The notes below the pieces were generated by a model, which was given only the letters and a program-made list of their open reading frames with translations, was not told the DNA's origin and ran no database searches. From a virus: DNA of 64,000 bases. Shown in pieces: positions 8,830-20,300 of this stretch (positions are counted from its first letter, which is position 1; every line of letters starts with the position of its first letter). The translations under genes were made by a program, and so were the position numbers. The stretch covers positions 4,328 to 68,327 of IMG/VR virus record IMGVR_UViG_3300045482_000112, one strand, 5' to 3'.

Positions 8830-11375
8830 AAGAAGAACACCTCCTCCGGGGTAGCCTGGGACTCCTGCCAGCGCAGCTGGCCCAGGTCCCGAGTGGTCTG
8901 CCCACCCAGCAAGGTACCCACGTATCCGCACCGCATGGAGGTCACTACATTGCCCCCGGCCTGCAGGCTCACCTCAAAGTCATCCAGCACCAAAAAGTAG
9001 TCCACCGCCTCCACCGGGTGTCCTTCACCCCCTGCTGGACGGCGGGCAATACCCACAAAATCCCCTATCCTCAGTCCCGGATGCCCTACGTAGCGCAACT
9101 CAATTGTGGCTACTTCCAGCATCCTCCGCAGGGCCAACGCGTCGGCCAGCCGTGCCGCCTGGGACTCGTACAGCCGGTAGCCTGCAAGCTCATAGTAGCG
9201 GTCCCCATTCGCATCCTGCTGTACCTGTCCCACCAAAGCCGGGTTGTCCAACCAGTAGTCGGTGACGAAGGGGTTCTCCACCAACTCTTCGTCCTTGGGC
9301 AGCCGGGCCGCCAGGTTCCCCATCTCGGTTACGGCGGTGGGAAACCAGTCCGGCAAATACCGTCCGGTCGCCCGCCGCTTGGTATCCTCCCCTCGCTCCC
9401 CGCTGGCCGAGTACAGCAACAGTCCGTCAAAGCGCAGGGTAAAGGTCGTCCAGGCTACGTGGCTGGTAGCCCGTACCCGCACCCCCAACACCCCCCGATA
9501 CCCGTTGACTTCGCTGATGACCCCGCCTTCGCGCAGGCGCAGGCCCTCGGTAATGAATTCCACCTGCACCTGCGGGTCCAAGAAGGGGTTCAGGTCTACG
9601 GTATCCACCCCCCGGTGAACCAGGCTGACGCTGCCCGGCACGTACACCGCTGCATTTCCCTGAGCATCCGTGAACTGGAAGTCCACCTCCAGGCTGGTCC
9701 AGGCCACCTCCACCACGAAGTCACGGGAAGGTTGCCCCCGGCTACGGTGATGGATAGCTACCGGTACCGTACTGTCCACCCCATCCTCAGTGGTGGCCAA
9801 TCCTTGTACAGCCAGACTCTTGGGAGAGGTCTTGGCCGAATACTCCAGGTTGGGCACATACAGTCGGGATTCCGGCAGGTACCGTCCGCCCACCGCGTTG
9901 AAAACCACGGCCCGAACCTCCCCCAGCCCCGCCTCTGCCTGGGGTACCAGCGGAACCAGGGCCGGATGTCCCGCCACGCTGCCAAACTCCAGCAGGTTGG
10001 CCTGGGCCACGTCCTTTAGCTTGCCCCGCAGGTTCTTGTTGGTGGTCGCGTACAACTGGTACCAGTCCAGGTCACTATCCAGCCGCACCAGCTTGGGGGT
10101 CGCATTCTGCAGCCAGGCATCCACCGGACGAAACATAGCAGGGTCCAGCAGCCAGGGCTTGACCCCCACCCCCGGCGAATGTTGCACTACATGGGCGATG
10201 TACCCACCATCAGTGGAAAACTGGAGGTCCAGCCCCGCCACCCCATCCACATCCGCCCCTACCACATCCCGGTCCAGAGAGTCGGCCAGCAGGTCTGTCA
10301 GTCGACTCACCTCCAGGCTGTAGGAGACCCCGGTAGCATACTCCTCCCGCTGCACCCCGGTTACCCGCCCCAGCACTGCCGGGTTTCCATCCAGCATGAC
10401 CCGCACCAGCGGGGTCTGGTACACCGCCCGGTCCAGCCGAGCATCGGGGACGGCCAGTTGTAGTCTACCGCCCTGCACCGCAGTCACAAACGGAGTCAGG
10501 TCCAGGGTACCATCCAGCAAAACCTGGATACGGGGCACATACAGGTTGGAACTGGAACTGCGCGAGGGCAGGACCGGATTACTGGTCGCATACTCCTCCA
10601 GATACCGTACCCGCAAAGAACTCAGGGCCTGTAGCTGGCCCAGACTGGGCGGGGTCAGGATGCGTACCCTCATGCTGTCATATCCCCGGCGCAGGATGTC
10701 CTCCCGGCGGGGAAGGGCAGTCTGCCAGGCATACCCGGCCTCCCCCCCACTGCCAAAGGCATACTCCATACTCCATCCAGGGGGTAGCCCCGCCACCGAC
10801 TGCCAGCCCTGGGGGGTCAGTACCTGGTGGGTAGCGTCCACCCCCGAAACTTCCAGCAACAGCGAGGAGAGCAGCAGACTCCGGGACACCCAGTGCCCGG
10901 CTCCAGTAGCGGTCTGCTGGAACAGCACCCGGTCCAGGGGTACCGCCACATTGTTAGCATCCAGCACCTCCACCACCCACTCGAACTCTTCCAGCCCGCC
11001 CCAGCGGCGAAACCAGTCGCTGGGCAGACTCAGCGTGTATACCGCGGGGTTGCGCATCTCCTGGGTGCGGGGGGTAGGGGCGGGCACCCAGCGCACCTCA
11101 TCATCTGCGCCCCCAATAAGGTTAGCCCCCTCCACCGAACTTCTCACCCGCAGGGCATGGGGGGAGGGACCGTACAGCGGCAGGAACAGCGCCTCCAGTA
11201 CCGGCTGGGAGTCAGGAAGACGAAGCTGGGTGGCTCCCGGTATAAGGGACACCGGGGGTACCCGCACCCCTGCTGCTTGGGGCACCAGTGCCCCGTACAG
11301 ATAGCGACCCACCGTGCAGTTGGTAGTCTCAGTCGCCTCGATAAAGTTACCGATGGTCAGGTCGAAGGCTGCCAT
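8826..11375 (-). CDS. tail hub/baseplate structural protein
   Basis: 849 aa in tail module; C-terminal GHPGLRIGDFV resembles tail hub proteins. Confidence 0.65.
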   Translation of the reverse strand: MAAFDLTIGNFIEATETTNCTVGRYLYGALVPQAAGVRVPPVSLIPGATQLRLPDSQPVLEALFLPLYGPSPHALRVRSSVEGANLIGGADDEVRWVPAPTPRTQEMRNPAVYTLSLPSDWFRRWGGLEEFEWVVEVLDANNVAVPLDRVLFQQTATGAGHWVSRSLLLSSLLLEVSGVDATHQVLTPQGWQSVAGLPPGWSMEYAFGSGGEAGYAWQTALPRREDILRRGYDSMRVRILTPPSLGQLQALSSLRVRYLEEYATSNPVLPSRSSSSNLYVPRIQVLLDGTLDLTPFVTAVQGGRLQLAVPDARLDRAVYQTPLVRVMLDGNPAVLGRVTGVQREEYATGVSYSLEVSRLTDLLADSLDRDVVGADVDGVAGLDLQFSTDGGYIAHVVQHSPGVGVKPWLLDPAMFRPVDAWLQNATPKLVRLDSDLDWYQLYATTNKNLRGKLKDVAQANLLEFGSVAGHPALVPLVPQAEAGLGEVRAVVFNAVGGRYLPESRLYVPNLEYSAKTSPKSLAVQGLATTEDGVDSTVPVAIHHRSRGQPSRDFVVEVAWTSLEVDFQFTDAQGNAAVYVPGSVSLVHRGVDTVDLNPFLDPQVQVEFITEGLRLREGGVISEVNGYRGVLGVRVRATSHVAWTTFTLRFDGLLLYSASGERGEDTKRRATGRYLPDWFPTAVTEMGNLAARLPKDEELVENPFVTDYWLDNPALVGQVQQDANGDRYYELAGYRLYESQAARLADALALRRMLEVATIELRYVGHPGLRIGDFVGIARRPAGGEGHPVEAVDYFLVLDDFEVSLQAGGNVVTSMRCGYVGTLLGGQTTRDLGQLRWQESQATPEEVFFF

Positions 11376-12499
11376 GCGTTCACCATCCAGTGGTAAGCCT
11401 GGGCCAGGTCCACCCCATCCGTCCGGGCCAGTAGCAGGTCATCCAGGTAAACCGCCCCTCCGCCTACCACCAGACCCTCCGAAGAGGTCTCTATCAGGTG
11501 GGAGGGAAAGGAAGGCACCGTATCCAGTACCCCCGCCAGACCCGCCCGCAGTACCCCGTGGGAATACTGCAGCCCCAGGTAGATGTACTCCCCTGCCGGT
11601 ACTGCCCAGGTCTGGCGGTAATGTATGGTGCCCAGGGCCAGGTCCAGACTAAGAAGCCCTGCGTCCCAGGTCACCTGCAACAGCGCATTCTTACCTTCCG
11701 CCCACAACACCCGGCCTGGGGTTAGGGCACTGTCCACAAACAGCAGAACCCCCACCGACCAGGCGGCATCTAATTGCCAGGGAAACCGGCGTAAGCGGGC
11801 CTCCACCAGCCGCTGGTTGGCTACGCTGGAGTAGAGCCCCTGGTACCGGGGCCCGGTTAGCCGGGTCAGCTCCAGATAGCCCTCCCCGTCCTCAGCGTAG
11901 TACCGGCCCCTTTCCACCTCGTCCGAAAAGGTGGTAAACGTAAACCGCACCCCCTCCCCTGGCCGTACCGTGGGGGGAAGCCCCCTGGAGGCCCTGGCCA
12001 GTACAGGAGACACCTCCGGGCTGGGAACCGGGGGGAGTACCGGGTCTCGAGGGGTGGCAGTTTCGGGGGCGACCAACCTGCCCGAACGCACCTGTCCCCC
12101 GGTACCCAGCACCCGGCTGGTCCCCGCACTGTTAGAAATAACCGGATAGGCCGCCAGTCCGGTGGAGTACAGGGGTTTTCCGTCTCTTGTGCTCACTCCA
12201 GTCAACATGGTCCGGGTAGGCTCCCCAAAAACCACCTGCCACTCCCGTCCGGCTTCGTCCAGCAGCGTTACCACCTCGTCCGGAGGAATCGAGGCCACCA
12301 GGGAGACGAACTCCTCTGGCAGGTCCCGCCACTGTAGCTGGAGCGTGTACGCCGCCAGGTGGGTGTACCCGCGCAGCTCCCGCAACCCCGAGGTGGTCAC
12401 TTCCTGCCGAACCTGCGAGGCCGGTAGGTAGGTCACCTCCGAGGGTGCGGGGAGCAACAGGTCAGCCTCCTCGGTAAACCCCAGGTATCCTATGCGCAT
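11357..12499 (-). CDS. distal tail-like protein with LamG-like C-terminal domain
   Basis: Position; N-terminal YTLQLQWRDL; beta-sandwich C-terminus ending VYLDDLLL. Confidence 0.55.
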   Translation of the reverse strand: MRIGYLGFTEEADLLLPAPSEVTYLPASQVRQEVTTSGLRELRGYTHLAAYTLQLQWRDLPEEFVSLVASIPPDEVVTLLDEAGREWQVVFGEPTRTMLTGVSTRDGKPLYSTGLAAYPVISNSAGTSRVLGTGGQVRSGRLVAPETATPRDPVLPPVPSPEVSPVLARASRGLPPTVRPGEGVRFTFTTFSDEVERGRYYAEDGEGYLELTRLTGPRYQGLYSSVANQRLVEARLRRFPWQLDAAWSVGVLLFVDSALTPGRVLWAEGKNALLQVTWDAGLLSLDLALGTIHYRQTWAVPAGEYIYLGLQYSHGVLRAGLAGVLDTVPSFPSHLIETSSEGLVVGGGAVYLDDLLLARTDGVDLAQAYHWMVNAWQPST

Positions 12500-12505
12500 A
12501 ATTCC

Positions 12506-13885
12506 TCAAAGCAGGGGAACCACCTGAAAGACGTGCTGTTCCGTATAAGGAAGGTACCGATACCCGTCGTAATGGATGCCTTGCAAAGCCCCCCAGCGCA
12601 CCTGGCGGTCTGCGTAGACCGACCGGATACTGGCCCGTTGATGGCGCAGGGACACCTCCCGCCAGCCGTCCTGGTTTACGTCCGGGAGATGCTGGCCATA
12701 AGGGTCGGTAACGGGCACATAGGGCTCCGATACCCAGACATCACTGTCCTTGAGCCAGTACCCTTCGGGCAGCCCCGCACTGCCAAACACCCCAAATCGG
12801 GTCAGGTTCTCCGCAGCATCCAGCAGGGTCACCTCCGCTCCTACCTCCATCCCCTGCAACAGGTGCAGGTACACCCCCGAGGGCCGGAAGACCAACACCC
12901 GGTTGGACCCCGAAATAAAGGCCCCCAGAGCGTCTGTAGGTACCCTAGAAAGCACCGCAGGGTCGGTCGAGGGGTTAGAGGTCATCCAGGCGGGAGAGCC
13001 CGCAGGATTGGCCCGTAAGCCCACCTCAGCCTCCGGTACTGGCTCCACGGTGGCGTTGTGCACCCCGATACGGTGCAGCACCCCGCCCTGCACAAAGGTC
13101 AGGGTATCTGACTGCAGCCGGTGGGTACCCAGGGAAAAGGGGGCGGGAACCACCACCTGTCCGTCCCGAAACCCGGTCCGGGTAAAGGTCTTGAGGTAGG
13201 TCTGGCCCTGGTATCCCCAGGCCAGGTAGCCCTCATCATCTCCCCAGCTCACCAGGCCCGCCGCCTGCACCCAAGCAGTATGGCTAAACCGGGCCCCGGT
13301 GGCCGGGTTCCAAACCGTGAAGCCAGAGGTAGTCGCCACTACCAGCAACTCCTGGACTCCCCCCACCCAGAGAATGCGGTCTGAGGAGGCATGGCCCCCG
13401 TAGCGCCGCACATCGGCAATGGGGTAAATTTCAGTGCCCGGCACCGGAGGCAGGCTCTTATGGGGCCGGTACACGCTGCAGGTAACCTCTATTCGGTAGA
13501 ACTCCGGGGTCTCCTTCAGCGGGCGGTAGGTGGGAGTGAACCCCGAAGTACGGTAGCGTCTCCCCCGGTAGGACAGCCAGCGCTGGGGGCGTACCTCCAG
13601 CAGCAGGCCCAGAACCTGCGAGAGCTGGTCCCTGGGCACGAAGTCCAGGGTAAAGGAGATGGAGCCGCTGGACTCCAGTTCCGGCCAGGCGATGCGCACT
13701 GTCCCGTACCCGGTGTTCTCCGAGTGAATGTCCTTATTGGGCTGGAAGTCCCACTGCACCAGGTCATAGTCCAGCAGGACTCCATCCACATATAGCAGGT
13801 CAGGCGCTGTCAGGTCCGGTTCGGGCTGGGCCTGGCTGTGCCTCACCGTCCCCGGCAGGGCTCGGCGGTACAGGTCTAGCAGCAT
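12506..13885 (-). CDS. minor tail protein
   Basis: Position in tail module; GGAGG RBS before ATG 13885. Confidence 0.6.
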   Translation of the reverse strand: MLLDLYRRALPGTVRHSQAQPEPDLTAPDLLYVDGVLLDYDLVQWDFQPNKDIHSENTGYGTVRIAWPELESSGSISFTLDFVPRDQLSQVLGLLLEVRPQRWLSYRGRRYRTSGFTPTYRPLKETPEFYRIEVTCSVYRPHKSLPPVPGTEIYPIADVRRYGGHASSDRILWVGGVQELLVVATTSGFTVWNPATGARFSHTAWVQAAGLVSWGDDEGYLAWGYQGQTYLKTFTRTGFRDGQVVVPAPFSLGTHRLQSDTLTFVQGGVLHRIGVHNATVEPVPEAEVGLRANPAGSPAWMTSNPSTDPAVLSRVPTDALGAFISGSNRVLVFRPSGVYLHLLQGMEVGAEVTLLDAAENLTRFGVFGSAGLPEGYWLKDSDVWVSEPYVPVTDPYGQHLPDVNQDGWREVSLRHQRASIRSVYADRQVRWGALQGIHYDGYRYLPYTEQHVFQVVPLL

Positions 13886-14345
13886 CTTCCCTCCGAAGGT
13901 GGTGAGCCTCCAGAAACTCGAACATCTCCTCCGCATCGCGGATGAGGCGGGTCCGAGTTCCGGTCAGCGCCTGTAAGTTCTCGAGGATGCTTTTCACCTC
14001 GGTGTAAACAATGGCCGCTAGGGTAAAGCCCAGCAGCATGTTGGCCACTTCCTCAGCCACAAATCCGCTGAGGGTGTTCTTGGCGGTATAGAGGACGGTG
14101 ATGGTAAGCAGGTACTGGATGAGTTTGGGGAAAAACTTACGCCGAAAGGTCTTGGAGTTCCGGGTTCCCTTCTTGCCCGCCACCATCCAGCCCAGCAGGG
14201 TGTCCAGGGCAATGAGTAGGAACAGGCCCTGGTACACCGCAGGCTGGGCCGGGAACAACACAGCCAGTGCCCCGCCCAGTAAAGCCACCGACCAGCCATA
14301 AGGGTCATCGGGAATGACCCGGTGCCAGAGGTCCCGCATGGCCAC
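13800..14345 (-). CDS. holin (Phage_holin_4_1-like)
   Basis: TM helices, LDTLLG, EVKSILENL motif. Confidence 0.8.
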   Translation of the reverse strand: MAMRDLWHRVIPDDPYGWSVALLGGALAVLFPAQPAVYQGLFLLIALDTLLGWMVAGKKGTRNSKTFRRKFFPKLIQYLLTITVLYTAKNTLSGFVAEEVANMLLGFTLAAIVYTEVKSILENLQALTGTRTRLIRDAEEMFEFLEAHHLRREDAARPVPPSPAGDGEAQPGPARTGPDSA

Positions 14346-14348
14346 CCC

Positions 14349-14516
14349 CTAGCGGCTTTCCGAAGGGGTGGCTTCAAGTTCTGCCAGGCGGGCCTGTACC
14401 TTCTCTAGCTGCTCCTGGGCATTCTGCAGTTGTATCTGCGCCCAGTCCAACTCCGCAGTCAGCATCCCGATACGGGTAGCCTGCCTCTGAATAAGGGTGT
14501 CTTTAGGGTCTTGCAT
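14349..14516 (-). CDS. small coiled-coil protein (fibre-associated)
   Basis: MQDPKDTLIQRQATRIGMLTAELDWAQIQLQ..., GGAGG RBS. Confidence 0.65.
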   Translation of the reverse strand: MQDPKDTLIQRQATRIGMLTAELDWAQIQLQNAQEQLEKVQARLAELEATPSESR

Positions 14517-14534
14517 TTCCTACCTCCAGAAAAG

Positions 14535-17303
14535 TTACCAGACTTCGTAAGTGAAGCTGACGATAGGCGCTACGGCATCGTTGTTGCCGCTAAGATGTTG
14601 GCGATGCAGTCTCACCCGGATAATGAAGGTACCTCCGCCCTGGTTGAGAACCCAGTGGTCCACAAACTGGAACATCACGTCTGCCCAGTTATTACCTAAG
14701 GAGTGGGTACCCACCATAATGGCCCCTATCGACCGTATCCCGGTGGGAGCATGAACCCAGCAGTCAAAGTCGTACACCCCTTCCCCGACGTGCTGGGCAC
14801 CAAAGCGACGAGAGTACAGCCGCACTCCGTTGCCCAGGCGCACCTCGCCTTCCTCCACCCGTTCTGCCCCGTTGTAGTTAGCCTGGGCCCAGTATTTAGC
14901 GTATTGGTTGTTGCCATTGGTCCAGATGGCAAAACCACCAATCTGTCCGCTGGTGGGGGTCAAAAAGGTGTTACTCTGATGAACCCGTACCTCGTCCATC
15001 ATCTCTACCGGACGGTTGAAGAAGTAGCGAGGGCGGTCGGTCTCGAAATGGAACCATTCCCCGTTACGGGGGCCCATCTCCCCCCAACCCCAGTCACTTC
15101 TCAGCCCCATGATGCCGTTGGTGTATATCCACAGGCGGTCAATTCCGTGCGTACTGAGGCGGTGACCCTTGTTCTGGTTGATGGAGAAGTGTGGGGTCTG
15201 GTTACTGTACCCCACTGCCCAGGTGGCGCCCTGGTGCCCCGAGGAGAACATAATGCTGGGGGTATCCCCAGCCCCGTCTACCCGGAACTCCGCCACTACC
15301 CCCCAGGAATGGTTTCCGTGTACGTTGCGGAAAAGAACTCCCGGCCCGGCATTGACACTACTGTTGGTGCGTGCAAAGTCTGCCAGTTGAGCATCCGAAC
15401 TGTGCACCGTCAGGGTGTGGCTGGGAGTGACGTTGACCCCAATACCCAACCGCACATTGTACACGTCGAAGATAGTGGAATACCTGGGGTTACCCACCCT
15501 ACCGTCCTGGACAAGCAGCCGCCCATCCGTGGAGAAGGCTAGGCCGATACCGCTCTGAGCATGTTCCACCATAGACGTGTTACCGTTGCGCAGGCTCAGA
15601 CCCACCGGCCAGCCCTGTTGGGCAGTACGGCTGGTAGACGAAATGTCCAGGGTGGTCTCCAGGTACCAGGAGTCGGTGTCCGGGGCGTAGCCGAACTCCC
15701 GTCCCCACTGCCGGGCTCCCTCATCCCAGGGGGCCATCAGGAAACGCCCGTCCACGAGGGTATGGGCCTGCATGGAGTGGGCACCATTGGCCACCAGCAG
15801 GTTGCGTACCGTCAGGTCTCCGCTAAAGGTCCAGGCCCCGGAGATGACCGAGTTGGCGTCCACTCTGGGGAAAACCGCCGATTCAAACCCGTCCAGCAGG
15901 TCGGCATTGAGGTTGGGTATATGGGTACTGCTGGCGACCACCAGGGGGGCAGTACCCGCAGGCGCGCTGCTGACCAACTGCAGGGCCTGGGCATTGCCCG
16001 ACAACACCGCCGCCCCCGCATTGAGGGTAACTCCCCCCGCATTGAAGCTCCCGCCCACCGTAAAGTTCAGGTTACGAACCACCAGGTTATCGAAGGTAGC
16101 TGCCCCTTGCACCAGGCTATTGAGCTGGCTTTGCAGGGCGTCCAGGTACGCCTGTACGTCGTAGCTGAAGCTGTTCTGGTTGGAGGGGAAGTTCAACGAG
16201 TCAAAGGGCTGGGCCAGCACCTCGCGGGACTGCACCCTTGGAGCCTGCACCCCGTCATGGCGGTGGGTGTCGAACAGCGCCTTGAAGGCCGACAGGTCCA
16301 CCCCATCCACCGTGACCCCCGGCGCTACCGTCAGGGGTTGGGCCAGGCTTCCCAGCACCTCCAGGTTCCCCCCTAACCGCAGAGACTGTGTAGCCAGGAG
16401 TCCAGCCCCTGCCTCCTCCAGCCGGGTTCCCTGATTGAACTCCAGGTTTCCGAAGAGACGGCCCCCGCCTCGCGGCAGGTAGGCCCCTTCCAGGGCGGGG
16501 GTCCCGCTGTGCATCAGGGCCAGCCGGGTAATACTGAAACTGGTGGTGGGGGAGTTGGTCCCCTCCAACCGAATCCGCAAACCCCGAGGAGGACCGCTGA
16601 AGGTCAACTCCGGTAGCAAAACACTACGCCCGTCCAGCCCCTGGGTAAAGGAGCCAACAACCGTGTACAGGCTCCCGTCGTAGGAAACCTCTACCTGAAT
16701 GCGGGTCAGGCCCTGGGGAATACCGTCAAAGGCCAGCAGCAAGCGGGCCGTAGCCGCCAGACTGGTGTCCAGTAGGGGAGCACTTCCCGAAACCGTGTAC
16801 TCTATCGGGTACACTTCACTCCCTGCAAAAGAGACTCCCCGCAGGTCAGGAGTAAAAGGATGGAGCCGAACCTCCCCTACCTCCGAGACTCCACCTCGAG
16901 TCAAGGCCACCGAACGAAGGGTGTCCCAGCCCGCATAGACCAGCGCATCGGCCAGGTCGAAGACCAGGTGGGGGCTGGGCCGGTGGTCCCGCACCATGAC
17001 CAGGGGCTTCTCCGCGCTCAGGTGCAGCGACCCTTCCACGTACAGGTCCCCGCCCACCCCGATGTCCCCCGGCTGCAGGGCGCTGTTGCCCCCCGCTGTA
17101 CGGAAAGAGGTGAAGGAAAGGGTACCGTCCAGAATGGACTGTAACACAAAGTCCATCCGCTTGAAGTTGAAATTGAGCGTGTTCTGAGGGTCTACCTGCA
17201 GGGGGCCGGTGTAGGCTGCCCCAGGACGTACATCCTCCACCGCAATGATGGGGTCGTCGTGGTAAAACAGGTTCAGGCCAAACAGCGGAGTTTTCCGCAT
17301 CAT
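14535..17303 (-). CDS. tail fibre / receptor-binding protein
   Basis: 922 aa; YLPRGGG, VDGVDLS, HRHDG, NLNADLLDG fibre motifs; Gly/Asn/Trp-rich C-terminus. Confidence 0.8.
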   Translation of the reverse strand: MMRKTPLFGLNLFYHDDPIIAVEDVRPGAAYTGPLQVDPQNTLNFNFKRMDFVLQSILDGTLSFTSFRTAGGNSALQPGDIGVGGDLYVEGSLHLSAEKPLVMVRDHRPSPHLVFDLADALVYAGWDTLRSVALTRGGVSEVGEVRLHPFTPDLRGVSFAGSEVYPIEYTVSGSAPLLDTSLAATARLLLAFDGIPQGLTRIQVEVSYDGSLYTVVGSFTQGLDGRSVLLPELTFSGPPRGLRIRLEGTNSPTTSFSITRLALMHSGTPALEGAYLPRGGGRLFGNLEFNQGTRLEEAGAGLLATQSLRLGGNLEVLGSLAQPLTVAPGVTVDGVDLSAFKALFDTHRHDGVQAPRVQSREVLAQPFDSLNFPSNQNSFSYDVQAYLDALQSQLNSLVQGAATFDNLVVRNLNFTVGGSFNAGGVTLNAGAAVLSGNAQALQLVSSAPAGTAPLVVASSTHIPNLNADLLDGFESAVFPRVDANSVISGAWTFSGDLTVRNLLVANGAHSMQAHTLVDGRFLMAPWDEGARQWGREFGYAPDTDSWYLETTLDISSTSRTAQQGWPVGLSLRNGNTSMVEHAQSGIGLAFSTDGRLLVQDGRVGNPRYSTIFDVYNVRLGIGVNVTPSHTLTVHSSDAQLADFARTNSSVNAGPGVLFRNVHGNHSWGVVAEFRVDGAGDTPSIMFSSGHQGATWAVGYSNQTPHFSINQNKGHRLSTHGIDRLWIYTNGIMGLRSDWGWGEMGPRNGEWFHFETDRPRYFFNRPVEMMDEVRVHQSNTFLTPTSGQIGGFAIWTNGNNQYAKYWAQANYNGAERVEEGEVRLGNGVRLYSRRFGAQHVGEGVYDFDCWVHAPTGIRSIGAIMVGTHSLGNNWADVMFQFVDHWVLNQGGGTFIIRVRLHRQHLSGNNDAVAPIVSFTYEVW

Positions 17304-17320
17304 GCCCTCCTAGAAAGGAA

Positions 17321-17340
17321 GGAGGGGCTTCGGCCCCTCC
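17321..17340 (-). terminator. intrinsic terminator after tape measure
   Basis: GGAGGGGC-CGAA-GCCCCTCC then TTCCTTTCT on - strand. Confidence 0.7.
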
Positions 17341-17345
17341 GTTGG

Positions 17346-20300
17346 TTAGTCCAGTAATTCCCGGCCCATCTCCTGGTACACTTTCTGCTTGGCCTCGTCT
17401 GCGAGCTTCTGGCGGTCGTACTGCCCGTGCAGGTGGACCTCCACCCTGCGCCGGGCCGACAGGTCAAAGGGAGACTCCTCGAACCGATTGACCCCAGCCT
17501 GGCGGTGGTTCTGCTCCAGGTCGGAGTAGCGTTCCACCAGGGAGGAGACCCCGTTGGCCACCAGCCCCACCACCATCCCGACCGCCAGCGGACCTAAGAA
17601 GGCCCCAGCGGTACCGGCCAGCCCCAGCGCCGACGAGAGGCCCGCCCCCGCCCAGTTGGTAAGGGCAGCAGAGCCTACCTGTACTCCCGCCGCGACCGGG
17701 TTAGGTCCGGCAGACTGTCCAGTTACCATTGTACCAGCAGGGGGATTTTGTGAAACCGGAGCCGGACTCCCCTCTCCTACGCCGGTGGAGGATACGCCTG
17801 GGAAGGCCGCCCCTACCACCCAGCGCACGGCACGGGTGGCCATCTCCTGGGCGATAATCTGCTGAATGGCGTTAGCAAAGGCTTTAAGGAAGTTGGCAAT
17901 GGCCTCCAGCAGGTAGTCGAAGAAGCTGCGGGCCGACTCCTCGTTGGCCCGAAACTCCTCGCTAAGTCCCCGCTGCTCCCCCCGCAACTCCACCAGCTTC
18001 TCGCGGTAGCGCTCCGCCTGTTCGCTGGCCGCCCCGTAATTCTTGACCGCCTCGGCGTACAAGCGCTCATACTCGGCAATCTGCGCGGTCACCAGCCCCT
18101 GCTCGGTACGCAGTTCCCCGGCCCGCGACTCCCGTACCCGCGACTCCTCCATCATGCGGGTAGGAATGCTCATGACCTCCATGAAGAAGCTCTGCAGCAT
18201 CCCCTGCAACTGACCCAGCAGGTCCATCAGCAGGGTTTTCAACTGGTCGGTATTTCTCTTCTGGTCTTCCCTGAAGTCTTTCAGGGCCGCCAGGAGTACC
18301 TGGTGGAACTGCCTGGCCTGCTCAGGACTGGTCTCCAGGCCCAGCCGCTGCATCAGCCCGGCTCCGTCCAGCCCTTCCAAGCTACTGATGAGCTGGCTAC
18401 GGAAGTTCTCTACCTCGGTCTCCCGCTGCTCCTGGGGCAGGTGCTGGCCCAGCCCCCGCTCAAACTCCCGAGTCCGAAACTCCAGGAAAGCCGAGACCAG
18501 CCCACGCAAAGCCTCGGCCCGGTCCAGGTCCCCTTGCGAGTTTTGGGTATCCTGTCTAAGTTGGGCCTGTACTCCTGCCGCTTGCAGGCGGTACTCGCGC
18601 TCTCCCCGCGTCAGGCGGGTATCCCCTAAAATAGCCAGACGGGCCGTATCCAGTCCCTCTCGCAGTTTCTTCAACCGCTGGGACAGGTCTAAGAAGCCCT
18701 TGACCAGCTTCTGCAACTCCTCCTCGCCCATGCCAATGGCCTCGGCCAGGGGACGAAGCTGATTGACCAGCAGGACCGGATTTACCGACAGGCTCTCCAG
18801 GTCCTTGAGGGCCTGGGCGTACTGGGCGTCGGTCAGTAGTCCCTCGGTGAAGGCTTTCTCCAGCCGGTCTACCGTCTCGCTGAGGAAACCTCGATACGCC
18901 GTAAGATAGCCCACCACGGCCTGCTCCAGGTTCACCTGGGCCTCCTCCTTCTCGGCGGAGGTCTTCGCCAGGTCCAGGGCAGTACGGGCCGCCTGTACCT
19001 GCTGGAAGGCTGCCTGCTTGAATTTTGCCACTGCGGTACTGAGTTCCTGTAGGGCCGCTGCCGGGTCGGTTCCCAGCAGGGTCTCGAACCGGGTCCTGTC
19101 CAGTTCATGTCCCTCCACCGCCAACTGAGCCAACCTGCGGGCTTCCGCCACCACCGAGTTGAGGACCGGCTTGAGGGCCGCGTCCACCAAGGCCTTACGT
19201 ACCTCCTCGGACAGCGAGGCCGTCTGGGGCAGAGCCGACAAAGCGGCCTCCACCAGGGCCGTAGCCCGCGTAGCAGGACTGCCTTGCTGTTCTTCCCAGA
19301 GTTCCATCAGTCCTTTACCCAGTGCCTGGGGAATGAACTGGGCATGGCCCACCAAACCCCGGATACGGGCCACCTCGGCCTTCTGTAGTTCCTTCACCGC
19401 ATCCCGGTCGGCATAGGGGGCCATAGACGCCTCCTGCAGCAGGGCCAGGATGCCCAGCCGACTCTCGACAGCCTTGGCTACCTCCTCGTCCTCCATAGCC
19501 AGGTCGGCCTGTTCCTCCAGGGGCTGCACACCCTCGCGTAGTTTACGCATGGTCTCAGAGCCCAGGGACGCTTCGAGCCGAGCCCGAAGCTGCGCCCAGC
19601 GCTGGCGCAGGCGTTCAGTAAACTCCGGTGCCAGACCCGATGCCTCCAGCACCGAGAGGTCCCCCTCCAGTGCGAGTACGGTGTCAATGTTTTTTGCAAG
19701 TTCCTCTTCGGTCATCTCCTCCAGCGCCTCCATGGACTTCTCCAGTCCCCGTACCGCCTCGGGGCCATAGAGGACCTTCACCAATTCTGGAATCAACTCC
19801 TGCGGTATCCCTATTCTGCGTAAACGAGGCAACACCTCCCTGGCTATGTGCTCCTGGAGGTTATCCAGACTGCTGAGGTCTACCCCCTGGTTGCCCACCT
19901 CCGCTCCAAACAGCTTGGCTGCCGCGACAATCCCGTCCCGCATCCGCTTCTCTCTTTCGGCCAGGTCCCTTTCCGAGAGTCCGCTACCTGCAAGGAGGGG
20001 GCGCAGGGTCATCAGGTGCCGCAAAGAGGTCAGGCCCTTGTTACGGGCCTCGGCCTTCTGGGCTTCGGTCAGTACCGAGTCATTCTGAGCTTCGGTTGCG
20101 GTCTGCAGGTCTCCCAGGAAGGTCTCCATGCGGGTGGTCAGGAAAGTCTGTACCTCCTTACGGTGAGCCTGGGTAGCTTCTTCCAGTTGTTTGCGCAACT
20201 CCGCCAGTAGGTGGGGCGCCTCTTTCTGGGCTGCTGCGTCCCCCTGCAGGACGGTAATCCATCCCTGAATCTGGGACAATTGCCGCTGGGACTGAATGTT

